A stretch of DNA of 64,000 bases from Mobula hypostoma (Eukaryota). The notes under the pieces were generated by a model. It did no database searches. It was not told the origin of the DNA and was given only the letters and a program-made list of their open reading frames with translations. Numbering within the stretch: position 1 is the stretch's first letter; each line of letters begins with the position of its first letter. The stretch covers positions 8,122,001-8,186,000 of the forward strand of contig NC_086108.1 of NCBI RefSeq assembly GCF_963921235.1, read 5' to 3'. A program made the position numbers and the translations under genes. Shown in pieces: positions 12,288 to 24,110 of the stretch.

Positions 12288-12981
12288 CCCAGCAACCCCA
12301 TCCTCCTGCCCTCTCCCCTATACCAGATGGATTCATGGGGGGGTCTCTCCAGAACAACATGGAAGAGCAGAGTTCTCCCCAGGGAAAGGGCTGCAGCCGC
12401 TCAAATCAAGTAAAAACAACAAAGTGGGCATAAATCAGTCAGCCTATGTGGAGAGAATGAAAGCTTCTCTCCTGAGGTGTCGCCTGGCTTTCTACCACGT
12501 CCACAGCCCACTCTTCACTCTATTTCCAGCATTTTGCAAAATAATTCGAAAGGTGTGTAGCTCGGGTGGTTGAGGGTTGGGCTGAGTTGTTTTCTGATCT
12601 TGGGGATTAACTCGCAAACGTCTCGTCACCATTCGAGGAGACGTCATTAGTGCGCTACTGATTGTGGTGGGCGCTCTGAATGCTTGGCGTTTATAAACTA
12701 ATCAATCAGCTGATTGGCTGTCATTTTGGAAACTGAGTTGTGATGTAGGGAGGAAATCTCATTGCTGACAAACTACGTGTGTTGTCTGGAATTTTGTCCC
12801 ATCGGCTCATAAATAGGACCAAGGACTACATGTCTGTTTGCAGAAGATGTGGTTGTGCACGAACAATTCTGTCAAAACGTTTCTAGAAACTGTGCAGCCC
12901 CTCTCAATTAGCATCATCAAAGCAGACCATCTAGGCATCTTGCTGTTTGTGGGAGCTTTCTGTGCAAAACTTAGGACAGAG

Positions 12982-13032
12982 CAGGGGTTCCCAACCTGGG
13001 GTTCGTGGCATTAAAACGGTTGTGAACCCTTG
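12982..13032. mobile_element. 51-bp hAT/Charlie-like micro-MITE
   Basis: CAGGGGTTCCCAACC...GGTTGTGAACCCTTG; 8-bp flanks GGACAGAG/GGGCAGAG. Confidence 0.65.
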
Positions 13033-13175
13033 GGGCAGAGACTGTTCTATGAAAAGATCTCATCAGTTGCAAAGCAGTTTGAGTGCAAAAGATTGAAAAT
13101 TCCTCACAGAAATAGAGTTACGGATTTTTAGCTCAGTGCAGGGAAGTTTGCCAGTATGATTAGAATAGGGTTTTC

Positions 13176-13181
13176 TTTATT
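13176..13181 (-). terminator. Candidate polyadenylation signal AATAAA of the PLEKHG2-like 3' UTR
   Basis: AATAAA on the minus strand about 1.1 kb after the stop, at the end of an AU-rich non-repeat segment. Confidence 0.45.
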
Positions 13182-13734
13182 TTCAAAAAAGTTTCATAAA
13201 AATTGGAAAGGAGAGATTATCACAATCCACGTCAGGGCGGCGATGTAGTTAGATGTTATCCAACTGAGATATTTACAAAAGTCTGATCCCGTCTCTCTGA
13301 ATGTTCAAGACAAATAATAACTGATACCATAGGCATTTCACAAAAATATAGAAACCAGGACTCTCGTAGCTATGGTAAAAAATAACTCTCCCCAGTGCAG
13401 TGTGAAGCTTCTCGTTGGCCTTTGCGGTGTGCTGTGCAAGTGATGAAGAGAAACACTTCCCCCTGGTCCGGTGCACCCCCACACACTTCATTCTGCAGGT
13501 CCTGGGGGGAGCGAGGGGCAGGTGCTGGTCAGAAGCCCGCCGGCACCCAGTAACGGGGTCACACCGCCAGCGGAAAGGACTTCCATTAACCCCTCCTACG
13601 CTGCATCATCCCTCTCCCCACTGCCGGGAGCTCGACAGATGACCATGCTTTGGGCAGGCACTCCCCCACGGGTGCTGGAGTCCACTCGGGACAATGGGGT
13701 GGGAGGGGTGTCAAACAGTTAGATACTATTCACT

Positions 13735-13942
13735 GGAGGGGGTGAGGAAGGGAATGGGAGAGGAGAGAGTTGAGGGGTAGAGGAGTGGAAGGGATGTAGA
13801 GGGGGAAGAGGAGCAGAAAGAGTAAGAGGTGGGGTGGGGAGAGAGGGGAGGGGAGAGGTCAGAGAGAAAGGTGAGAAGAGCAAGGAGGAGAGGGTGGAGG
13901 AAGGTGGGAAGGAGGAATGAAGGGGAAGGGGAGAGTGAAGAG
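13735..13942. repeat. G/A-rich tract (pyrimidine-rich in the predicted 3' UTR)
   Basis: Direct composition. Confidence 0.85.
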
Positions 13943-14302
13943 TGACTCCAGTTTGCCTGGCCAGTGCAGTGACCCTCAGGTCTCGGCCTCCTGCCCCAAG
14001 CCCTGGACAGCGGGGTTACCGGGTTGAGATCGGGTTCAGGGCCGCCGACTCCCACCTACTTCCCCCTCCGCCTGGACACCTCGAGGTGGCGCACGGCGCG
14101 GCCGTTCAGCCCGTTGCCTGCGTGGCTGCTGCTTTCTGATCCCGTTCTACAGCCTCATCCCGAAGAGTGGGGTGGTGGAGAGGGGGCAGCTTCTAATCAC
14201 ACCTGGACCCGAGGGCTGCTCCAGCTGGTAGGGGCCTTAGGAAGGGGGTGCCCGGTGCGCTGAGGCTGGAAGGGCGAGATGGGGGCGTGGCTGGCTCCAG
14301 GC

Positions 14303-15855
14303 TCACGTCGAGGGGGGGTTGCTGGCGCTGGTCCCGGTGATCCTGCGTGGGCTACGGGCTGCGGCAGCGGGGAAGAACGTTTGGGTCAGGCTGACCTGCG
14401 CCCGGCTAATGGTGGCTGGTCTGCCGCCGCCGCCGATCTGCAGGCTGAGCGTGGTGGAGTAGCTGGTGCGCCCGCCAGCGGAAAGGCGCCGCGCCTTCTC
14501 TGCCTCCCCAGGCTCCGGAGTCCCGCTGCCAGACCGGCTGATGGGCTCCAGCTCCTCGGGCGGGGAGCTGGACGGAGAGGTGGGGGGAGAGGGAGCGAAG
14601 CACGGGCCGGGTGGGGGCAGGGGGGCCACCACCTCTGAATCCGCCGCTTCGGTGGCCCGTCTGCTGCTGCACGGTGACATGACACTTGGGCACGGAGAGG
14701 CGGAGGGCTGGAGCCCAGCGGGCGTACCTGGGGATCGCGGCCCAGGGCTGTGATCGCTGGGACCCGAGACGATCTGGGTCCCATCCGGGTCGGGGTTCGG
14801 GTGGAATGGACTGGCCTGCGGACACCGCACTGGACTCTCGCTGGGCGAGGGATTGCTGCCCAAACCCGGTTCTGAGGGAGGGCGCAACCGGGGACCCAAG
14901 CCGGAGCCCGTGAGAGAGAACCGCGCCGCCCCGCTCTCAGGTCGGGCTCTGCCCCTTCGGGAGTGGGGTCTAAAGCCCACGGGCGCTGGCTCGCTCTCGC
15001 CCGGCAGGGCAGAGCACAACTGGAGGGAGATGGGCCGCTGGCAGCCAGAGGGTTGGGGGGGTTCCGCCCGGTTCTGGCTCCGGAACGGGGAGGGAGACCG
15101 AAGCCGGATAGAGGTGCAGGGCGGAGGCGGCGGCGGGGGTTCCTCCACGCCGGGACTCGGGTGTACTCTGGGCTCACCCTCCGGGTCGCGGCTCTCCCAA
15201 GGCTGGGACGGAGAGGGTGTCCGGGCGTGTGTGCCTGCAGATGGGCAAGGCTGAGTGGTGTGGGTGAACCTTGGCTGCCACATCCACTGTTCCAGCTGTT
15301 TGACAGCGGAGGGGGAGGGAGAACGGCCCCGGAGGCTCACCCAGCTGGGCAGGGGGCAGCACAATTCAGAGGCGGCGCAGGGCAGCGGGAGCCCGGACCT
15401 GGGCGCTGGTTCCTCTGCGGGACCAGGCCCCCCAAGCCTCCCCTCACCTGTAGGGCCCGCTGCACAGGGAGAGGCAAGTCTGGGGGCTGGAGGCGACATG
15501 GGCAAGGGTGACCTGGATCGGGCTGAAGCAAGAGTGGCTGCAGGGGCTTCGTTCTGGGAGTCCGGGTGCGGGCGGGTGGTGGGAAACTCTGGCAGGCGTT
15601 CCGTGCAAATGCCCGGACTGTGCGCACACTCGACCAGCTGCAGGGAGCCCGAGGGCATGGGGCTCAGTGGGGAGGCGCATCCTGACGCTGGATCGCCTGG
15701 CGAGTCTGGGGCATGCTTTGGCGGGCTGGACACCGCAGGATGCACCCTGAGGGCAGCGGGTTGGACGCTGTTCTCCTGGGCGAACAGGACAGGGATGGGT
15801 TCCCGAATGATCAGGTGTCCGAACGCAGCGGGTGGCTCCAAACTCCGAACCGAAT
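14303..15855 (-). CDS. PLEKHG2: PLEKHG2-like last coding exon (FGHLIIREP...Pro/Ser-rich...SYSTTLSLQIGG...NPPST*)
   Basis: Acceptor ctctgtctcgcAG, phase 1; ORF 14303..15910; TGA at 14303-14305. Confidence 0.83.
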
Positions 15856-15994
15856 CTGCGAGACAGAGAGAGGGAGAGAAAGAGAGTACCTGTGTTAAGT
15901 TCAAGTACACAGTCAGAACATATTAACATGAAGCACCATTAAAATTATCTTCCAGCGACGCCGCATTACAAGAGGAGGGCAAACACAGGACAAT

Positions 15995-16482
15995 CTTAAA
16001 CACGGGGAAGTCTGCAGATGCTGGAAATCCAGAGCAACACACACACAAAATGCTGGAAGAACTCAGCAGGTCAGGCAGCATCTGTGGAAACGAATAGAGA
16101 GTGGGCGTTTGGGGCCGAGATCCTTCTTTGGGACTGAAAAGGAAGGGGAAAGACGCCTGAATAAAAAGGTAGGGTGGGGGGGGGGTTGGTTTAGCTGGAA
16201 CGTGATGGGTGACGCCAAGTGGGTGGGAAAGGTCAAGGGCTGATAGGAGACAAGAATGGACAATAGGAGAGAGGAAAGGAAAGGAGCAGGTGAGAAGAGA
16301 AGAGGCCAGAATGGGAACAAGAGGAGAGGGAGGGGAGGGGATTTTTTTTAACTGGAAGGAGAAATCGATATTCATGCCATCAGATTGGAGGCCGCCCAGA
16401 CAAAATACAAGGTGTTGCTCCTCCACCCTGAGGGTGGCCTCATCGTGGTGCAAGAGGTGGCCACAAGCCAGCATGTCAGAAT
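15995..16482 (-). mobile_element. Penelope-like element 3' fragment
   Basis: LRVEEQHLVFCLGGLQSDGMNIDF and same 3' UTR. Confidence 0.78.
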
Positions 16483-16504
16483 GACTGTGTTAATATTACT
16501 TCAC

Positions 16505-16710
16505 GTTGTTGTTCCTTTCTGCAGCTTGTGGCACATCGGGTGGCAACCTTGCCGTTTCTTTAGCGTTTGCCGTTTGTTTTTACTAGGCCGAGTTGCTAGC
16601 TCGACGCCAAATCCAGCACGGATGGAAAGTGCGCAAGGAGTCGGCCAGATAGGAACGTGAGACTGCTCGCCCTGTAGTCTGGTGCTGCGTCACTACACCT
16701 CCAGCCGGCT
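16505..16710 (-). mobile_element. tRNA-derived SINE, same head, (AAC)n tail
   Basis: Reverse complement matches head and middle of the 9100 copy. Confidence 0.68.
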
Positions 16711-17737
16711 GATTATTTTAACGTGCCTTGTGCTGTGTGTGATTCATGTTCTGTGTTTGCACCTTGGTCACAGAGGACTGTGTTTCGTTTAGCTGTATAC
16801 GTGTATCTGGTTGATTGACAATAAACTTGAACTTGAGCATTAACTTAGCACAGACTAGGCAAAGTGTGCAAACTAATCAACAAATTAAAATAACCACACT
16901 GCTGCATGACACACAGTCCAAGTACCACCAGGGCGTAAATCAGTTTGTGTCCTGGTACAATCACAACAACTTGGAGCTGAATGCTGTCAAACCTGAGGCA
17001 GTGGCATGACTTTCGAGGTGAGCCAGCAATGGGGAACCCTGTCAAATGCCTTATGTGACTCCATGTACACCACACCCACATACAGGAGCAGGACAGATCA
17101 GGTGGTGTCGCAACACCAACCTTGCACTCAATGTCAGTAAGACCAAAGAATCGACTGTGGACTTCAGGAAGGGGGAAATCGAGGGAACACACACGGGGCC
17201 AGCTGTGGAAAGGGTGAGCAGTTTCAAGTTCCTGCATGTTAATTTTTCTGAAGATCTATTCTTGGTCCAACATATTCATTGCAAAGAAAGAATGTTGTCA
17301 CCAAAGTCACTGGCAAATTTCTACAGACGTACCGTGGAGAGCATTCTAACTGGCTGGGGGGAGGGAATTGCACAGGACTGGAAAATTCTGCAGAGTTGTG
17401 AACTCAGTCAGTTCCATCATGGGCACTAGTCAGGACATCGTCAAAAGGCAATGCCTCATAAGAGGCACCCTATCATTAAGGGCCTCCATCACCCAGGTCA
17501 TGCCCTCTTCTCAATGCTACCATCAGGGAGGAGGTACAGGAGCCTGAACGCACACACAGGTACAAAGCTTTTCCCTCTGCCATCCGATTTCTGAATGGAC
17601 ATTAAATGCATGAACTCTACCTCGGTACTTTTTTTGCTTTTTCTTTGCTCTCTTTTTGAACTATTTAATTTAATTTATATATGGTATACATTTCTTATTG
17701 TAATTTATAGCTTTTATTATGTATTACGTTTTGACAC

Positions 17738-17998
17738 GGCTGGTGGCGTAGTGGCATCAGTGCTGGACTTCGGGATGAAAGGTCCAGAGTTCGAATCCAG
17801 CCGGCTCCCCTGCACACTTTCCATCCGTGCCGGGTTACGAGCTGGTGATCTCTTTGGAAAGTCACCTGGCAGAAGACAATGGCAAAACTACTGCTGTAAC
17901 TTGCCTCGTACGCGGTTCCCCACTACGTCAGAGAGGCGTGGAGGGAAATCGTCCGCTAACCGGAGAAACTCCGGATGCAACGTACCTTTCCTTTCCTT
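17738..17998 (+). mobile_element. tRNA-derived SINE, same head, different tail
   Basis: TGGCGTAGTGG...GTTCGAATCC; (CCTTT)n tail. Confidence 0.78.
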
Positions 17999-18870
17999 TT
18001 ATGTATTGCAAGGTACTGCTGTCACATAACAACAAATTTCACGACATAGGCCAGTGATATGAAACTTGATTCTGATTGTGATGTGTTCTAGCTTCATTGC
18101 TTTCCTCAAAAAACTGTCAGATTTGTGAGGCATCACCTGCCCCTCCCGAATCCATGCTATCTCAAATGCTTCTCCAGATCTTGTAATTCTTGTCCCTGAG
18201 AATCCACTCTATTAATCTACCCACCACTGACTCACTGGTCTACAATTTCTGAGATTTATCCTGATTACCTTCCTTGAACAATGGAACTTTGCTTACCATC
18301 GTCCGTTTCTCTGGTACTGCCCTTGTAGAGGCACGGCAGTCCGTCTACTTTCTTAGAAGTTTGAAATGATTCAGCATGTCATCTAACATTTTGACAAACT
18401 TCTATGGATGTGTGGTGGAGAGTGTATAGACTGGCTGTATCAGAGCCTGGTGTGGAAACACCAATGCCCTTGAACGGAAAATCCCGGAAAAAGTAGTGGA
18501 TATGGCCCATCGTGAGTCAAGCCATCCCAACTATTGAGCACATCCACATGGAGTGCTGTTGCAGGAGAGCACCACCCAGGACATGCTCTCTTCTCACTGC
18601 TGCCATCAGGAAGGTGGAACAGGAGCCTCAGGACCCACAGCACCAGGTTCAGGAACAGTTACTACCCCCTCAACCTTCAGGCTCTTGAACCAGAGGAGAT
18701 TACTTTCCTCAATTTCACTCTCCCCATCATTGAAATGTTCCCACAGCCAATGGGCTCACTTTCAAGAACTCTTGTTACTGTTATTTATTGCTTATTTATC
18801 TATTATTATTATTTTGGGTTTTTTTTGTGAGTGCCTGCAAAGGGGTGCAAAGCAGTAGTAGTCTTATCCT

Positions 18871-19041
18871 CAAACAACAGGAATTCTGCAGATGCTGGAA
18901 ATTCAAGCAACACACATCAAAGTTGCTGGTGGACGCAGCAGGTCAGGCAGCATCTGTAGGAAGAGGTGCAGTCAACGTTTCAGGCTGAGACCCTCCTGAC
19001 GAAGGGTCTCGGCCTGAAACGTCGACTGCACCTCTTCCTAC
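18871..19041. mobile_element. Short Penelope-derived insertion with internal inversion
   Basis: Direct repeat AGTAGTCTTATCCT at 18857-18870 and 19042-19055; 40-bp inverted arms. Confidence 0.75.
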
Positions 19042-19352
19042 AGTAGTCTTATCCTGACTGCTTCCCTCCATTCCTTTCCAGTTCTGTTGAAGAGCCCTCA
19101 GCCTGAAATGTCGACGGTTTATTCTTCTCCGTAGATGCTGCCTGACCTGCTGAGTTCCTCCAGCGATGTCTGTGTGTGTGTTATGCTGGAGGAATTCAGC
19201 AGGTCGGGTAGCATCTATGAAGAGGAGTAAACAGTCCATGTTCTGAGCCTCGACCCTTCACCAGCATCTACAGAATCTCTTGTTTGTAGGAGTTTCCCCA
19301 GAGTGGTGTTGTACAGGGAGGAGGGGGTGATGACCAGAGGATCGTTACCCAC

Positions 19353-20799
19353 CGTAGTTGTGCTCCTGCTGGCACTCCTGGGCTCGGGACAGGTCTGGAG
19401 CCAGCCTTCTCCTGCGCAGCTTGAGCCCAGGCCTTGCCTCGGGATCTAGCTCCCAGACACGCCGCTGCAACAGGGCTTTCTTCCGGCTGATCCGCTGGCT
19501 GTACATTTTTGCCAGTAGCTGGACTTTGGTCATGATCTTTTCGGAGTTCTGGAGGAGGCATCGGTCAGCGCCTTCACCAAAGCAGCAGAGGCCGGGATCC
19601 CCGGGCCCCTCCGTGCCCCGAGGGTGCTGCTCTTCCCCGGGGCTGCTTGGCGGGTCACTGTGGGTGTCCGCCCTGGATTCCAGGTCCGAGTCCTCGAGGA
19701 TGAGCAGCGGTTCACCGGGACTAGCCTCCGTCGGCCGGGGGGAGGCCCGGGCAGCCCCGCTCCCCTGCGGGCAGTGGCCCCAGAAGTGAGCGGCCCTTTC
19801 CATCTCCCGCCACACCGTGATGATCTCTGCGCACGACCTGAACTCCAGTTCCGACTCACCGCCAGCAGGGCTGCTGTGGCCGTTGACGGGCACTGGGCCC
19901 GGGGAGGGACCCCGGCCTTCCTCCTGCTGTGAGGCCGAGGGCGAGCAAGTCTCGCCACCTCCTTGCGGCAGTCCCATCCCCTGGTTGGGTCCGGAGTCAC
20001 CGGGCTGAAGGGGGCTGTCCCTGGCGCCCGCTTTGTCGTCGTGGAGTTCCTCGATCCGCTCGTGTGCCGTCTTGTAGTTGAAGCGTAAAATAGAATCCCT
20101 CACCACCCCAGTGGGGATAAAGGAGATGCTCTCCCGGCGCTGGACGAGGTGCTGGTCACTGGATGTTTCCGCTGCCTCGTAGTAGTTCTTGATCTTCTCA
20201 ATTAGCAGCCGGTCGTCCTCCATGCGAGAGGACTCCCTCCCGCTCACCTTGTTCTCTGGTACATCAGCAGGACTGGAGCTTGGAGCAGTCTCTGGTGGTA
20301 GCACCTTCTGCACAGCACCGTCCTCCGAGATCACCACAACCTGATGGCTGCCCCCCTGTCTGCCGGCGGTGCAGCCCGCTCCCTCGTCACTGCCAGTATC
20401 GTTACCTTTGGTGCTTGGGTACAAATTCTGGGTGTCACCACCAGCACCCCCGTTTCCATCCCCATCACTAGCGCAAGTACCTTCACCCTCCAGAACCTGG
20501 CTACTGCGGTCTTCCTGATCCGTCCCTCCCAAATCCACTAGGTTCTGCAGCGAGGGAATCCTCTTCCCTTTGTGGAGGTCACTGTCTTCAGAAGACTCAG
20601 TGGTGCAAGGCCCAGTTTCTTCAGCCTGTTCAGCACAGGAAGCATCCACCAGTGGACAGCCTTTGACGTCCGTATCTTCAAAGACATCCAGGGGTTCGTC
20701 AGGCACAGCCCGAGGTCGACACAGGGGCGGGGTCTCCTCCACAATCGCGTGCAGGTCCTCTGGAACCTTCTTCTGCAGATACTCCATCCCAGCAAATAT
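19353..20799 (-). CDS. PLEKHG2: PLEKHG2-like large exon (DRLLIEKIKNYYE, RRESISFIP, FRSCAEI, PLLILEDSDL, KVQLLAKMYSQRI)
   Basis: Acceptor cccaacacAG, donor GTGGGT; 1447 nt, phase 0-1; ORF 19345..20787; motifs typical of PLEKHG2/3 C-terminal regions. Confidence 0.88.
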
Positions 20800-22349
20800 C
20801 TGTGTTGGGAAGGGGAATAATGGAAAGATGAGTTTATTTCACCATTTTCAGATCGACCAAATCTCCATAAATAATGGACAGCACGGTTACTGTAATGGTT
20901 AGTGTAATACCCTGCAGTGCCGGCAGTCAAAGATTCCCACCATTTTAACTCCTATCCCCATCCCCGTTCTAACAAGTCTGTCCTCGGCCTCCTCTCACCT
21001 CATGATGAGGCCACTCTCAGGGTGGAGGAGCAGCACCTCATGTTCCACCTCGGCAGCTTCCAACCTGCCTCTCACAGTCCAATCCTCCATCACTGTTGTG
21101 AGAGACGGGAATGGGTGAGGGTGGCCTCACAGGGCTCTGGTGAAGCTGTACAAGCCAGTCCCCTCTGCAGTGGAAACAATGCACAATGCACTGCAGGAAC
21201 AATGATGAACTCCCGCCGTACCATTCACCTTGGACGATGGAGCCGGGAGGTCATCGATGACCTACGCTCCACTGGGAAGAGGAAGCCCCCAACCTGATGG
21301 TATGAACATCGATTTCTCCTTCTGCTAATTCTTCCCCCTTCTTGCTTCTCCCTTTCCCCACCCTGACCTCTGACCTCTAAGTTCCAGAGCACCAGACACA
21401 AGGTGCTGGAGGAATTCAGCAGGTCCACGTTGCCTTCTGGCTGGCATGTTCCTCCAGCACCTTGTGTGTGTTGCTCTGGATTTCCAGCCTCTGCAGGTTC
21501 TCGTGTTTATGGAAACTCCTAACGCAGTCTGTAAGGAGTTTGTACGTTCTCCCTGTGACCACATGGGTTTCCTCCGGGTGCTCTGGTTTCCTCCCACACT
21601 CCAAAGATGTACAGGTTAGAGTCGGTGAGTTGTGGGCAGTTACGTTGTCAACACTTGCCGGTGGCCCCAGCCCAGTCCTCAGACTGTGTTGGTCATTGAT
21701 GTAAAACGATGCATTTTACTGTATGTTTCGGTGTACAGGTGACAAAGGAAATGGACATAATCTAATCTAATCAATGGCAACTATGTAAAAACAGTGAGGA
21801 GGAAAGGCCTGCATTTGCATATAACCTTTCACATTCCTTTCAGGAGGCCACAGTGCTCTCTACAATCAACAAATTGTTCATAGAAAGTTGTCTGCCTTCA
21901 AGGCCTGACACTAGAGCATCAGTCTGGAGCCTTACTCTGAGTGCTAGACTTCCTACTCAAGAGTTGAGAGAGAAACCCACAAAGCTTGCTTGCTATATTT
22001 ATTGACTGATTGAGATACAGTGCAAAATCGACCCTTCTAGCCATTCCAGCTGCACCACCAGCAATCTCCCTATTTGATTCTAGCCTAATTACAGGACTAT
22101 TTACAATGACCAATTAACCTACCAACAGGTATGTCTTTGGACTGTGGGAAGAAACCAGAGCACCTGGAGGAAAACCACACAGTCAGTGGACGGGACATAC
22201 AAAACTCCTTACAGGCACTGATTGGCTCCAACCTGCTGAGTTTCACCAGTGTTTTGCGTGTGTTGCTCTGGACTTCAAGCATAAGACCATATGATATGGG
22301 AGCATAATTAGGCCAGTTAGCCCATCGAGACTGCTCCATCATTTCATTA

Positions 22350-24110
22350 TATAACCATATAACAATTACAGTATGGAAACAGGCCATCTCGGCCCTTCTA
22401 GTCTGTGTCCCACCGACCTGCACTCAGACCATAACCCTCATTTCCTTTCCTGTCCATATAGCTATCCAATTTAACTTTAAATGACAACATCGAACCTGCC
22501 TCAACCACTTCTGCTGGAAGCTTCTTCCACACTGCTACCACTCTCTGAGTAAAGAGGTTCCCCCTCATGTTACCCCTAAACTTTTGCCCTTTAACTCTCA
22601 ACTCATGTCCTCTTGTTTGAATCTCCCCCACTCTCAATGGAAAAAGCCTATCCATATCAACTCTATCTATCCCCCTCATAATTTTAAATACCTCTATCAA
22701 GTCCCCCCTCAACCTTCTACGCTCCAAAGAATAAAGACCCAACTTGTTCAACCTTTCTCTATAACTTAGGTGATTAAACCCAGATAACATTCTAGTAAAT
22801 CTTCTCTGTACTCTCCCAATTTTGTTGACATTTTTCCTATAATTCAGTGACCAGAACTGTACACAATACTCCAGATTTGGCCTTACCAATGCCTAGTACA
22901 ATTTCAACATTACATCCCAACTCCTATACTCAATGCTCTGATTATAAAGGCCAGCATACCAAAAGCTTTCTTCACCACCCTATCCACAGAAGATTCCACC
23001 TTCAGGGAGCTATGCACCATTATTCCTAGATCCCTCTGTTCTACTGCATTCTTCAATGCCCTACCATTTACCATGTATGTCCTATTTTGATTAGTCCTAC
23101 CAAAATGTAGCACCTCACACTTATCAGCATTAAACTCCATCTGCCATCTTTCAGCCCACTCTTCTAAGTGGCCTAAATCTCTCTGCAAGCTTTGAAAACC
23201 TACTTCATTATCCACAACGCCACCTATCTTAGTATCATCTGCATACTTACTAATCCAATTTACCACCCCATCATCCAGATCATTAATATATATGACAAAC
23301 AACACTGGACCCAGTACAGATCCCTGAGGCACACCACCAGTCACCGGCCTCCAACCTGACAAACAGTTATCCACCACTACTCTCTGGCATCTCCCATCCA
23401 GCCACTGCTGAATTCATTTTACTACTTCAATATTAATACCTAACGATTGAACCTTCCTAACTAATCTTCCATGTGGAACCTTGTCAAAGGCCTTACTGAA
23501 GTCGATATAGACAACATCCACCGCTTTACCCTCGTCAACTTTCCTAGTAACCTCTTCAAAAAATTCAATAAGATTTGTCAAGCATGACCTTCCACACACA
23601 AATCCATGTTGACTGTTCCTAATCAGACCCTGTCTATCCAGATAATTATATATACAATCTCTAAGAATACTTTCCAGCAATTGACCCACCACTGACGTCA
23701 AACTCACAAGCCGATAATTGCTAGGTTTACTCTTAGGACCCTTTTTAAACGATGGAACAACATGAGCAATACGCCAATCCTCCGGCACCATCCCTGTTTC
23801 TAATGACATTTGAAATATTTCTGTCAGAGCCCCTGCTATTTCCACACTAACTTCCCTCAAGGTCCCAGGGAATATCCTGTCTGGACCTGGAGACTTATCC
23901 ACTTTTATATTCCTTAAAAGCACCAGTACTCCCTCTTCTTTAATCATCATAGTTTCCATAACTTGTTTCCCTTACCTTACACTATTCAACATCCTTCTCC
24001 TTAGTGAATACCAAAGAAGAAAAAAAATTGTTCAGAATCTCCCCCATCTCTTTTGGCTCCACACATAGCTATCCACTCTGATTCTCTAAGGGACTAATTT
24101 TATCCCTTAC
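22350..24110 (-). mobile_element. CR1 LINE 3' fragment (RT and 3' UTR), young subfamily
   Basis: ORFs with DFSKAFDKVPH, GVPQGSVLGP, YADD, VRPNLEYCVQFW. Confidence 0.93.

Noticed and set aside
14279..15929. Overlapping + strand and alternative-frame ORFs over the last exon
   Set aside because: Expected shadows of GC-rich coding sequence; no recognisable domains or splice structure
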